A stretch of DNA of 64,000 nucleotides. It comes from Yuukianura sp. NJ FZ-2021. Lineage: Eukaryota. The stretch lies in contig CM102286.1 of the NCBI GenBank assembly GCA_046563655.1, positions 14,942,001 to 15,006,000 of the forward strand. The letters are read 5' to 3'. Below, piece by piece: positions 30,358 through 43,590 of this stretch; position 1 is the first letter of the stretch, and every line of letters starts with the position of its first letter. The notes under the pieces were generated by a model. The model was not told the DNA's origin, searched no databases, and saw only the letters and a program-made list of their open reading frames with translations. A program made the translations under genes and the position numbers.

Positions 30358-31323
30358 ATGAGCTTGGAGAAGATGGAACTCGGAAACTCGCCGATAGATG
30401 GCGCTGATACCGAAATTCTGTTTCACGGCATTCCGATTTCTCAGTATTCCCTTTCGGAAACTCAAATTGTCCAGAATCTGGACTCTCCTGATTGGCTGCT
30501 GCGCAAACTCCTCTTCTTCGGCAGTGCTATTGCGTCAATCAGAGATTTAGAACACCTTGTTCCTGGTCCAATTGCAAATACAGTTTTCGGATCCCTCGTA
30601 CTTCTCGTCCGTGAATTTTACAAGTTAGACGAATTCCAAATTCGCTCAATTCTGACAAATCCGGGGATTAGTCGGATCCGACATTTAGTCATTTCAAATT
30701 GTGGTTCAGCCGAGTATTTTCTAGAAGCTTTCTACGCTGCTCGCATAATTTCTGGCGAAATTCTTCTGGAAGAGTTTCCTTATTATGAAAACTACCAACT
30801 TCTAATGTCATTTGAATCTAAATGTCTCCAAGCTTACATCGGAAGTTCCAAATACCGGGAAATTTCAAATGTTGCGTTCATCGGTTCAGGGCCACTTCCT
30901 CTGTCTTCAATTGAGCTGCTCCAGCATTTACCCCGAGGGGCAAAGGTCATGAACTTTGACCTCTCCGATGAAGCCATTGCTCTTGGAGAATCTATCGTCC
31001 GACTACAAAATCTCTCTCATCGCATCTCATTTTCAAATGCTGCGGCACTCGAAATCCAAGATTTGAAGCATGTTGATGTTGTCTATTTAGCAGCTCTCGC
31101 TGGTGGCTCCAATTTCGAAAAACGCCAAATTACGGAACATTTACACAAAATTATGAAACCGGGATCTGTGCTGGTTGCAAGAAGTGCGAGTGGGCTAAGA
31201 TCTTTCATCTATGAAAAACTAACGGAATCTGATTTTGGCAAATTCAAATCTTTCCGCCATTTTGATCCCACGAACAAAGTCATCATCAACTCAATTGCAG
31301 TCGGAATGAAACTGGATTTTTAA
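30358..31323 (+). CDS. Nicotianamine synthase-like protein (intronless CDS, probable 5'UTR intron 30247-30345)
   Basis: Motifs FPYYENYQLL..FE, VAFIGSGPLPLSSI, DVVYLAALAG, K..I..HL.K.MKPGSVLVARSASGLRSFIY, VINS, all typical of the NAS family. Confidence 0.88.
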   Translation: MSLEKMELGNSPIDGADTEILFHGIPISQYSLSETQIVQNLDSPDWLLRKLLFFGSAIASIRDLEHLVPGPIANTVFGSLVLLVREFYKLDEFQIRSILTNPGISRIRHLVISNCGSAEYFLEAFYAARIISGEILLEEFPYYENYQLLMSFESKCLQAYIGSSKYREISNVAFIGSGPLPLSSIELLQHLPRGAKVMNFDLSDEAIALGESIVRLQNLSHRISFSNAAALEIQDLKHVDVVYLAALAGGSNFEKRQITEHLHKIMKPGSVLVARSASGLRSFIYEKLTESDFGKFKSFRHFDPTNKVIINSIAVGMKLDF

Positions 31324-34300
31324 TCAAAATTTTCAAATTTTAAAATGTAAAAATTCTTTTGTAAATTCTTTTACTTTGGTCTTTTGTAAAAGTGAAATGC
31401 TCATTTTTAGAACATCTTTTGAAAAAGTGTGGGTGATTTTGAAATTGTAGAGAAAGAATTTGAGTGTTGAGACGTTTGTAAATCCTTATGTAATAAAAAA
31501 GCAATTTCATTGAGAGTCTATAAACAAGAAAGACTATATAAAAAGACTATATTTATTGTAGAGCAGACGCAGTTTCATAAGGTTACACCGAAAATCGTCC
31601 ACCGTCATTTCCTCACCGCACACTTTTCTCTTTAAATGAGGCAATAAAAAGTCCAATAGCATCACCAAAAATTCACATCACACCCGCACTTCACTCCATT
31701 TCCATTTCAAATTTCAAATTTTGGAGCCAAAAAACCATTTTGGCACCAAAAAGACACAAAAAGTACAACATTCAAGCCGAGGGATTTTAGAAAACTGGAG
31801 CCGATTTACAATTTTTCTTCACCTTCCACAATTCCTTTAAAATGTTCAACTTTTTTTTTGAAATATCAAATGTTCAGGGGTTTAAATTTTTGTAAAATTC
31901 AAAATTTGGGATGGTGTTGAAAATCGGGCTTGACGAATTGATGATCTGAGTCACGTGTCGTTTTGTTGCTCTTTTTGGCGGGAGTTTTTGTTGTGTTTCA
32001 AATGCAGGGTCATTTGGAGGCTAATTAAAGGCTGTGGCACACTCCAGTGGAAATCAACAACCAAATTATCATTTTATCAATTGGAATCTGTTGCCTCTAC
32101 ACACTCCACCAAACTCAAATTCAAAAAGAGCGGGAATCTGTGCCCGGAGAGAGGGAAGGAGTGACAGGGGCGAAGTGAGACTGGAGCGGAAGTATTCCCG
32201 GGAGACTGCGGGAGTTAATAGGTTTTCCTTTGATTCCTTTAAATATGTTCGTGTGCCTGTTCTTTAATTTGTACGAGGGAAGAGGGTTCCCTTGGTGATC
32301 ATTTGGACAAATCATGGTTGGGTTCCTTGATTCATAATAATTAAAGATCTCTTCCCCAGCACATCCCAAGTGGATTCCACAATTCAAGGACTGAAGCATT
32401 CTGTCCAGTAGTCTTATCGTGAACGGAGTTCTGGAGAACCTTTCAATTTCGGATCAAGATCTCCCGCCGAAAATAAACTGAATAAACTTTAGGAACTACT
32501 CTACAAACAACGCAGATTAAACTAACATTAATTGGATTCCAGTTTTAGTTGAGAAGAATTTCTTCGCGGAGAAAAAAAAATTCACGCCGCGAATCTCGTG
32601 TGAAGCAGCCTTAAGCTTAGAAGATATTCAAAACATTCTTATCACAAAATTTTCAAACTTAACAAAATTATTTTTTTTAGGTTCGTGAAATAAAATTTTG
32701 ACTTGCCATAATTGACTTTCACCGTGAAATGAGTCTCTAAGCTATCAATTTCTATGAGTTTTTGGAAATTAAACCACTTATTACGACTTATGGCGATAAA
32801 ATTTTGTGTGGCGGTAAAATTTGAAATCCACTTAAAATGATTACGTTCTGGTTGTGTTTTGGTAGAGAGAGACATTTAGTCTGGTAATTATAGCCACAAG
32901 GACAAAAGTCATTTGAAGTAGGGAAAGTCCAACTGTTGGATTCCACTTTCTCCTCCGCCCCACAATCTGTTCCGTATTAAACACTTAAGGCTCAAATCTA
33001 ATTTAAATGTAAATAACAGTTTTCTCCTGTGATTGTCACCCCTCTCCAGATTATCCCCTCAACCCAATGTTATCCCCCTCCTCCAACCCAACTTGTGTTC
33101 TTCCAAAGAACTCCGCCTCTGATAAAGAAGGACGACAGACGACATCACATCATTTTATCACACCCAAGGGAATCCATCACCCTCCCCCTTCTCTCCCACT
33201 GCATCGCACCACCGAATACCCGCTAACTCAAAAAACCCGCCAAAAAACTGAAACGAAAGTCAAAATTCCCTTGACTTTTAAACAAGAAGTGGAGGGGGAG
33301 AATTATGTGAAGCAGAAGTTGAACTTACGGCGGAGTTTCTCCCCTCATGAGATGGATTTTTGATGATTCGCGGGCGGGAGAGAATAAGTTAAACTTGACT
33401 TTTTCTTTTTTTGGTTGTGGTGATCCCCTGCTAAAGGTGGATTAGGAGGCATATGCTGTGCCTTTACTAAATTTTTGTGGTGGTGGACTTATGCCCTTAA
33501 GTGCCCCCTAAGACTTCATGTTGGTCACGCCTTTTTCCATGTCACAAAAAAGGAATTCGGAGAAGAGAAAATTGAGAGTGGAAAGCGAGCTTAACAGACA
33601 TTTGACAGGATTGTTCTTTTTGTAGTTTCAAAAGCATTTGTTTGTAAAAAAAAAACCACTTTTGTATACTTTAATTTTTTGAAAAAAGTAGTTTGCTGTA
33701 TTTTTGTATTAGGTTGAGATGTCTGATTACTTCTGAAGTTAAGGAAGGATAACAAGAGGGGCCTCAATTCGTTACAGTCTTGTGAACAATGAAAATTGAG
33801 ATCATAAAAACACTATTTGGAGGAGCAAAACGAAACGAACAATGTCTCTCTCTTCTTCTTTCAAAATTCAGTAATTACAATTTCAAAAAAAAGCAACTTC
33901 AAATTTTGAATTCCTTCGGTCATTCACCTAGACGACTTTGACAATGTGAAAGTCACAAACCTTTCGGATTTCAAAGAAAAGAATTTTTTAGAGTATGAAA
34001 AGGGAAAAGTAAACTTAACAAAACGGAATTTTTTCTCGGGAAGTCTTGTAGTAATAACTTTTTTTCTGAAATTTTGAAAAAGTTGCTTGAAGATTTTCTC
34101 GTTTCTGTTTTTCTGCAGTTTGGCATTGAGGTAAAAGTTGCAATATGAGAGCTAACTGTTATGAGAGGTGAGATAATTGCTTAATAATTGAGCAATTGAC
34201 ACAATTGTTTGCAATCAAAACTGAATTGGCGTCGACAGTTTTATGTAGTTTTAGTTACAGCGTGTGAAAAGTGGAAAAAGTGAGAGATTGTAAAAGCTGC

Positions 34301-36198
34301 TACAGAGTGAAACTAAGGTTTGAGAAAGTTGAAGTTACAGTTAATGTAAAAAGTGGTAGGTTTGTGTGTAAGGTTGGAGTTGAGTAAATTGTTGTGGTTG
34401 TAAACATGTCTGAAGTAAAAGTTTGTGTATGTTTTTAGTGTGTTGTTTCCAATTTGAGTTGTAGTTGATAAAGAATTCATTCCCAGAAGCCCTTGCTGCT
34501 CCAAGGGTCGTGGACAGAGAAAGCTTAGAAAACTTTCACTTTGCTTGAAAATCACGCATGTGGAACTCAGGAGGAACGAAGGGAGGAGACACTTCGATCG
34601 ATTCAACCTCAACCTGTCCTAGGCACAGGGTAGCAGCTACAAAATAACTACTTACATAGTTACTCCCTCCAAAACACAAATCTCACAATTTACAACACAC
34701 AACACAAAAAACTTACACCTGAGGTTTAAAAATTTCCCAAATTTCATGTTTATCACAATTAGTTACTCCCTCTAAAAAAAAATTAATACAGAATACATTG
34801 TATAATGGAAAAGCAGTTTACTGTTAAATTGACTTCTTCACATAACAATGAAATTGTGGAATTTCTGCTGAATAGTTATTCCCTCCAAATAACTTTTCTG
34901 TCTGAAGACTTATTAATGTATCGCGAAAAATAGAAACGAGAAATTACAAAGTCGCACAATTTTAAAAACTTTAATTGAACCTTGGAGAAAAGTTTTCATC
35001 AAAGTCAATGTTAGTAAGTTTTAAGTGACACGGCATGCTTTCCAAAATTTGAAAATAACCTTGCACTTTTGAAAACAAGGTCAAAGTAAAAGTCAAAACA
35101 CAAAAATTCCCACGACTCTTCAGTTTTGTTTTAATTTTCAAAATTTCGATTATAAATTGTTTTTCATTTTTGAATTTGAGATCTACTTTGAAATTCTTTT
35201 CCCTCTTGGTTTCTTGACATTGAAAAATAAAAGAGAGCGGGGAGATGGAGTAAATAATTGAGCAGAAGTTTTGAGTTTAATCACGAAATGAAAAGCTGCT
35301 TTTCTTATTTGTTTTAATTTCAAATTCAAATTTTGAAATGGCCGCCACAGTCGTGCCTCTCTAACAAGCAGGCGGAATGATTTCAACTTTTCTTTTTTAA
35401 TTTTGGTTTCGTGCTAAAAAGTTAGTTTTGAAAGGCCCGCCTCCTCCTTCGATGGAGAAATTTGGAAATTAAAAATTCAAATAATTACTTCGTTTCAAAT
35501 TCATCAAATTAAGGCTGGTGCTCTCCTTTTTCAAATCCAAAAGTTTCAAACATGTCCATGTTTTTTGAAAATCCTTTAAAGCTTTTGCGTGTCTATTGAT
35601 TAAACTCAGTCAATGTCCATGTCACAAAATTACACTAAAACTCCAATCAATATCAAACAGATGCTTTTCAACACTTCAAAATTTCACTCATTTCAAATTT
35701 TTTTTGAGTTGCCGCCATTCCACTTTTGAATTTTTTTTAAAACTACCGCCATTAAGGCAGACTTGACCCTCATTTTAAAATTTTAGTAATCGGAAAAAGT
35801 TTGAAACTCGGTGCAGCACTTTTTTTTTTGAAAATTTTGAATAATTTATTGGATTGCTGACGACAAAAACCGAATTGGTTTCAAAAAACGTAATTTCTAA
35901 AATTCTTGAAGAAAACACGCTTATTACAAGTCAAATTCAGCAGCGACGACATTTTCTTAGTTTTTCAAAATTCTGGATTTTCATTTACGGAGGTTGGAAT
36001 TTGTTTTTCGAAATAAATAAATTTTGAAAGGGGGATTTTACGGTTAAAAGTTTTCTAAAATTACACGCCCTCAAATAATTACACGTTTTTTGGAATGAAA
36101 AGAGATCAAAAGTTTCTTGGGATTTGCTTACGCATACAACCGTTTAACTAAAAGTTGTTGATGATGTTGGTGTTGATGAGTTTGAGTGTTGATGGAAT

Positions 36199-39083
36199 TC
36201 ACTGTTTGAGTAAATTGTCAATACTGAAATTTAGGTTGAATTTGGATTTGTTCTTTTTGGATTTGGACTCCAACTCCTTTTTCAGTTCTTCCAAATTTAT
36301 TGTTATGCCACGAGCAGACAGCTTCGCTGCTTGCTTCTCCAGATTCTTACGGAGCTAGCAATGAAAAATCAAAATTCAAAATTTGGAAATTCCTTGATTT
36401 TCCAAAATGGGTTTCAAAATTTTGTAGTTTTCCGTACTTTTACCTTTCTCTCTCTGCGTAGCTTCTCTTTGTGTTCCAGTTCATCTGGAGGAATTGGTTC
36501 TCCAGAGCAAGTCTGCGGTTGTGAGTTGTGTGCTGGACGGCCAGGGCCCTTCTTCGTGTGTTCCCGCTTCCGCCATTTTGCTCTCCGATTTTGAAACCAA
36601 ACCTTTAAAAAAACCGGGCATTACAAAGTGTCACTAGGGTTGTTCAAGTTCCGTTCCGTTCCGGTTTCACCGAGGAACGGAAACGGTACTGCATGAACCG
36701 GAGTTTTTTGAAAATGGACGGAACTAGTTTAAAAATTGGGAAAAGGAAACAAAATGAAACGGCACCGAAAGTTCGTTCCAAAAAAATGTGGAAAGGGAAA
36801 CAAAACGACACCGGAACGAAACGGAAACGGAACAAAAAGTTTGTTTCCAAAATACGTGGAAACGGAACCAACAGTTCATTTCCAAAAAATGTGGAAACGG
36901 AAACGAAACGACACCTGAAATAAGTTCCACGGAAACGAAACGACAAGTGAAATAAGTTCCGTTCCGTTTCTGGCAACGGCACTTGACCAGCCCTAGTACT
37001 CAAAGTGTAAATCCCTATGTTGAAGTTATGTTGGCCTAACCTAATGCCACTCAATCTAATGACAATTTATTAAGGGCTTTGGGAGATGAAGCCCCAATTG
37101 CTTTGGAATCCCCGGGGAGTAGAGACTCCCTGGGCCTAAATCCCCATTTCAAACGCTCTCAAAAGCACCCACATTCTCACACTCTCTGTAATTATCAAAT
37201 TCATTTTGGGGGGAGTTTTTAACTTTAAAAAGTGTTTTTTAACTTACAGCCACTCTAGATTCTTTGAGATTGAGCCTAAGCGCGAGTGCCTCCCGCATGA
37301 AGACGTCTGGGTAATGACTCGTGAGAAAAGCCCTCTCCAGTTCGTCCAACTGCCACGTCGTGAAGTTCGTTCTGGAGCGTCGTCTGTGATTGGGTGGTGA
37401 GTTGGTGTCGTCTGATTCGTCATCGGAATGACTTCCGGTAGTGTCGACGGACTTGAAGAGATTGATGAGGTTGAAGGAGAGGGGGTTGGGAGGGGCGGGG
37501 GGCGAAGGGGCAAGGTCATTCGAGGAGTCTTCGTTGGAGTGACTGTTCCCTAGGTGATGGTGGGGGTGGTAGGACTTGAGAGGGGGGTGGGGGGCAGGAG
37601 GTGGCTGGGCGGGGGACGGGGAGCCACCACCTCTCACGTGACTCAGCCCTGTAAACACAAAAATACACTTTTTACAACTCTCATTCCACAGAAAAATTCA
37701 AAAAAAAAATCCATTTTAAACACTTGATTTAAAAAAAATAAAAATACACTTCATATAATTCTCAGTCCACTGAGAAAATCCATTTTTAGACACATTAAAA
37801 AAATACACTTTGTACAATTCTCATTCCATATAGAAATATTTCAAAAAATTAAGGTTCGGTGAACTTTAACTTTTTTTAAAATTTGGTTTGAAATGGAAGT
37901 GTAATTCCACGAATTACTTGCAATTTCATGAACAATTTAAAATTCAAGTAATTACTTTGACACTTGGAGCCCTTAATTGCCCGAAAATCATTGCTTTCTA
38001 AATTTCTTAGTTTATAATTACTTATTATTGGAAAGTCAATTAAATGCTAAAGTCATTAAGATGAAGAGTGTTAAGTGTGAATTTCTTAATTACTTTTCCA
38101 CTCACTCCATGATTAATGTCGCATGATGATTGATGCCAGGTTAGCTTACTTTCACATTTTGTTCAAAACATCACTTTTTTTTCAAAAAGTTTTTGTTTTT
38201 TAAAACTAAAATATGAGATTGAAAGTGTAGGAATGTTAAGAAGCGGGGTTTGTGCTAAGTTTTTGTGTGACCTTAATGACCCTGGACTGAAATGAAATTG
38301 ATTCAGTTGTCTAAATTAATTGAATTTCCAATTACTTGATTCGGGTTTGAAATGAAGTTGATTGTAAAAGTTCCATATTTTTTGTGCTGTAAATATGTGA
38401 GACTTTTGACCCTGTGAGTACAAAAACCGGTTTGGAGAGATGGAGGGAGTAACTATGCAATGTTTCTTCTTCTCTGTATTCCATCGTAATTATGAGAGTA
38501 AATATGATTACTTTAATTACGAGATCGATGACAACCTAATAGGGTTCCGCTTTTAACAAAAACTAAGGTTCAAATTCACAATTTAGAGAATCTACGAGTT
38601 AATTGAACTTTTAACGCACGTCAGATTTTTAGTCACACTCTGACTATACTTTTCCACCTGACGAATCAGAAAACTATTTTTTAATTACTCTATTAAATCC
38701 TAAATGTAATTTACTTCTAGATGGCGAAAAATCTCTAAACTTCTTTTTCCAAAATTTTGTTCGAAATCAACCCTTGCAACCAATTTAACATTAAACCAAT
38801 ACAATAAAAAAGCTTCTTTTTTTTCATGTCGAAAACAAAACCACGGCTTTCTCCGAACCTCAAAATTCTAAAATCACAGTATTTGCTTTCCTGAATTCCA
38901 TAAAAATATGAAAATTGATTAAAACAAGTTTTTCAGGTTTCAAAATTTTAAAAAATTACCATTTTCCTCTTGTTGTACGAGTACTTTTGGGCTGAAGTTG
39001 CGTACCATTCCAGAGGTGAGGAGGTGAAAGTACGGGAGGGAAGTTGACTTTAAATAGTCACTCAACTTCATCCTCTCGTTCAT
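36199..39083 (-). CDS. unc-4: Paired-like (Q50) homeobox protein of the Unc-4/Uncx family
   Basis: Exons ~39083-38960, 37648-37249, 36601-36444, 36355-36199. Homeodomain [23 protein letters not shown]...[11 protein letters not shown], followed by the [19 protein letters not shown] signature; C-terminal eh1-like FSIDNLL. Confidence 0.9.
36635..36995. mobile_element. MITE (hAT-like TAGGG termini) in an unc-4 intron
   Basis: Imperfect TIR TAGGGTTGTTCAAGTTCCGTT / AACGGCACTTGACCAGCCCTA; internal GGAAACGGAAC motifs; no clean TSD seen. Confidence 0.7.
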
Positions 39084-42000
39084 CAGATTCAGCTCCAATT
39101 CCAGCTTTCACTTTTTACTTTCACAATTTTCAAAAATCAAACTTCCTCAAATTCAAAAATCTCAGACTTTCGCTACTTTTCAACCCCCGAAAACTCAAAT
39201 TCCATCACTTTTGAGCTTCAAAATTGTGTAACAATAGAGACAGTCTTAATCACCTCCACAAATCCATCTTTTTCAAAATTCAAATATTGCCAATATTGTT
39301 GAAAGTTGAATTTGGACGTCGTAGTGGTGTGAGTTGTTGTAATTGTTTGAAGTCTCCTCGACAGAGCACAGAAATCACTTAACTTTACACACACGGAACA
39401 ATCTATTAACTAATAGATAAAATAAAACAATTTTCCCAGTAAAGGCCTCATCTTCATTTCTCAGGCCTCCCTCCCGCCCAAACTCCAATTCAAACTCGTT
39501 TTGGCACTAAGCCCCGCCCACCGGTCCCCCGTCAGGGGCCGGGCGAAGGCGGGAATTCAAATTTCAAATGCAGGAACAGGGGGCGGGACTCTGGAATTTG
39601 AGGCTGCCCGGGCAATGGTTCTGTAACTAACGTTATTCTCCTGCTCCCTCCGTCACCAGCCGAACCACTCTTATTGATTTTCACTTTTTAACACAACTTT
39701 TACTTACACAAAAACTTCACTTTTGGCCAGAAATCAACTTTTCTTGGGAGTATTTTCTTAGTATCCGATTCAGTCTGAGGATTAGTCAGATCTCAATTTG
39801 GAAATTGAGTTGTTTCGATTAAACAAGAAAAAAAAGGAAACTATGTAATTTGTAGGAAACACAAAAAAAGTTTTTGGGCAGAGGCTAATTACAGGTGAAC
39901 AGAAAAGGGGGAAAGTGGGTTTTCGAAAAACTTTTTTTTAAAGTTCATTTTTCAAAAAAAGTTGAAACATGCTCTGCGGCTACAATTACTTGAATTCCCT
40001 CCTTCACAGAGTTACAACTTAATAGAATTAAGTAATTGTAGCCTTCATTCTAATTTATTACTTTCAAAATTTCCTTCTCTTTTAAACCAGGAATTACTCC
40101 GACTTAATCGATTCTTTAGGAAAATCAATCTTGTTCATGAGACAACTTATTTCTATAATTCTTAAACTTTACAACTAATTGAAATAAGTTTTTAGTAATA
40201 ACTAAAGTCGTTAACTTTTTATAATTATAGTAATTTGAAATAGAATGGCTATTTTGGAAAGTGATTCTGCGCATGCCTCAAATTGAGCAGCTCATTATAA
40301 GCTCAGGGCAAACGTGCAAAAAAAAAACAATAGGAATTTACGGTGTGCAAAAAAATTTACGGCGTGCAAAAACAGCAATAAAATTTTGTTTTTTCTTTTT
40401 ACGACTCACCATGTGTGAAGCTTCGTTTTTTTCACACTTTCCTTGTTTTTTAAAACCAAAATAAAAATCTATATTTCTAAACTAAGAAAATATTAATTAG
40501 CAATTAAGAAATTTTTTTTCGACACATGAAAAAAAAACTTGAGTTGCTGACAAGGAAGCTCCCGTTAACTTGTGAATACAAATTTTTTCCCACGCTCAAA
40601 TTGAATATTCCATCTTGATTAGAAATTCAGGCTTTTTTTCTCCCTCGATGTGAACGGCGAGAGTTGATTAATGTTCAAAAATGATTTTTTCTTCTGCGCA
40701 CCGTCATTTGCGCATCAATTTTGAGAAACATTTCATATTTTTTGATGTTGAGATAGCACAGGAAACCAATTTTTGTCCATTTTTCGTATTTGTGGAGCGC
40801 AACAAATTGTTCTTTCATTTCCAATTTTATTCGCGTCGTTTTTCCTGTCACCCGTCAAAAATAAAAACGAAATAAAAAAATGCAAATTGCGGAACAATTG
40901 TTTTCTTTCCAGAAGCACAAAAAGCTAATACGCAGGTCACGGCCATTTTGACAGTCACGTGACCCCGTGACATCCTGATTCGTTACAGGCCGTGTGAGGT
41001 CACGCGTCTCAAAAACTAAAATTTTGAAACTTTTTGAAAATTTTTTAAGCTCCTTTCAATTTGTAGACTTTAGTTTTCAGAAAAAGTTTTTGAGACAAAT
41101 TCAATTCTGGGATTTTCCAATTTATTTTAAAAAGTTGTGGATTAAAATCAAATTTAAAAATGGTATTTTTTTAATTCTTTTTAAACGTTCTGCTAAAGAC
41201 GTCAGGCTCGTGTTTGAACAGCACGTCTGTTCTAAATAGCACGCTTGTTCTAAAAATTGACTTCTTTGAAAAAACTGTTCTTTTTTAAAAAAACAACACT
41301 AAAAAGTGTTTGCGTGAAGCGGATTGTTTGACATGTAGCCTTTTGATCTCCACTTGGTGATTAACCTTTTACACTCCGGAGGGGTGCCTTGGCAAGGGTC
41401 CCCCCATACCTCTAAGGTTATGCTCAACTGTGTAAGGACTTAAGGGTCCCCCTTAAGTGCCCCCCCTTGAATTGGGGGGGCTTTCTCCCTTTGTTCTTTA
41501 TTTTTTATAAACACATTATTTTCCTAGGGCCCTTCGTTTTTTTAAGGGCCCTCATCTCCTCTGCGATGATTATCTTTAGGAAGATGTTCTTCTTCTCCTG
41601 TCTAATCACACTCTCACTTCCATTATTCTCCTCTCAGCCTATTTTCTGACACTGTAATTACTTTTCTAATCAATCATGAAACTCCAAAAGAAAAAACTAA
41701 GCTAACTGTCATTTATTTAACACGTCCTCCTCCCTCCTCCTCCTCCGAGACTTTTGTATTTTGTCCTCCCTCCTCCTCCTCCTCCAAGACTTTTCTATTT
41801 TGACACTTTGATTAACTAATTTCACATCTCACTTTCAATCCCAAAGTCTCACTTACCTTAATCACTCCAAAAATTAATTTACACCTCTCACTCTTTCTCT
41901 TTCTCGGACTTGAGCCGACAGGAAATTTCAAAATTTAACATAATTTAGATTTCGAAATTTGAACATAATTATTTAGCCATCCAATGAATAATTTATGAAC

Positions 42001-43109
42001 TCATTTTTATTTATCTGATTTGGGGTTTAATTTTTCTGGAATATGAGTAAGTTTAGATGGAAATCAAAAAGAGAGCAGTGGAGGGAGTAACTATTTGAAA
42101 GAACAGAATTCTCCAGAGACGGAAAGTGGATGATTGTGGTGAAGTTCCTGGATTTAGCAGACGGCTGTTGGATCGATTCCCGGTTCCTGCTCTTTCCAAA
42201 AAAAAAAGATAATCCCCATGGCAATCTCCGCAACTTTCAAAAAAATCTGGAAAAAAGGCCAGCAAAGTACCATCTTGGGAGAATTTCAATTTTCTCTCCC
42301 TCAACAAAACCACAGAAACAAATGCCACACTTTTGCCACTCACGAGACCAATTCAAATCGGATTTTCACTTTTGACTTTTAATTTTTGAGTTTTTGATTT
42401 TTTTTGAAAATCGGGGTCACAGGTCACCTAAGAGCAGAAATGCACAAATTTTGGTGAATTCATGTTTGAATTAATGAAAATTTGTCGTTTCCTGAAAAAA
42501 TTTGAAAATTGGACAAGTTTTTTTGAGGGGGTGGGAAACTAAAGCCTTGTTTAGAACGTGATACAAATCAGCTCAAATTTGAGTTGCACCAAAATGCCCA
42601 ACCCTAAAGACGATGAAGATATTTGGGAGTTTGTAAAAAGAAACAATTTCCAAAACTATTATTATATTAATAACAGAGCCCTTTTGGAAGGGCCCTTTGT
42701 TTTCCAGTTGGGTCCCTTAAGGGTACCCTTCGTGTAGTACCTTGAGGTATTTTCCTTGTTAAACCGCCTTTGCTCACATAAAAGCAGAACCTGCGCACCT
42801 TGTGCCCCTGGCGCACCACTTTTTTACTCCCCTTTTCTCTCTCCAAATTAACTCATCTATTTTCATCATCTCTGACAAGTTAATTTTCTCTTCTCCCTTG
42901 CAGTCTCCGCTCCTTGAAGAAAAGTCTCTCGTTATAATTCCTTTTATAATTAACACCTTTATTGACATGTTTATTATTTAATTTAATAAAAGGCACGACA
43001 TGCTCTTAAGCCCCCTTCACACTCCGACTCTCACGCCGCGTCCAAGCCCCGGGACTCCATTCTAATTGGATTTCTCAAGACTTTCTTAATGGAAACAAAC
43101 TCTCAGGAT

Positions 43110-43590
43110 TTAACAATGCCCAGCTCTGAAGGATTTAATAATGACGATGCCCAGCTCTGAAGGGTTTAACAATGATGATGCCCAGCACTTTCACATTTAA
43201 AAATGAGAATGCTGAGCTCTGAAAGATTTTTACATTGGTGATGACCAGCTCTGAAAGATTTAATAATGACGATGCCCAGCTCTGAACGGTTCAAAAAGCA
43301 CGATGGCCAGCTCTGAACGATTTTAAATAAGGATGCCCATTTCTTATAGATTTAAAAATGACGGTACCTAGATCTGAAACATTTAAAAATGGCGATGCCC
43401 AGCTTCGAATCATTTAAAAATGGCAATGCCCAGCTTTGAAACAGTTAAAAATGGCGATGCCCAGCTCTGAAACATTCAAAAATGAGGATGCCAAACTCTT
43501 TCAGATTAAAATTGAGGATGCACATTTCCTGCAGATTTAAAAAGAACGATGCCCATCTCCTGCGGGTTTAAAAATGACGATGCCCATCAC
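43110..43590. repeat. Minisatellite, ~31-bp unit x ~16
   Basis: GATGCCCAGCTCTGAA..ATTTAAAAATGAC recurs at ~31-bp spacing (43146, 43177, 43208, 43240, 43271 ... 43579). Confidence 0.85.

Noticed and set aside
31955..32480. Slightly GC-richer patch with short ORFs, possible decayed gene or retroelement
   Set aside because: No recognisable motif or consistent frame; a translated homology search would be needed.
36644..37054. Several overlapping ORFs on both strands
   Set aside because: They fall within the intronic MITE and reflect its GGAAAC repeats; no transposase motifs.
43110..43590. CRISPR-like regular repeats
   Set aside because: Contiguous tandem units without unique spacers, no cas genes, eukaryotic context.
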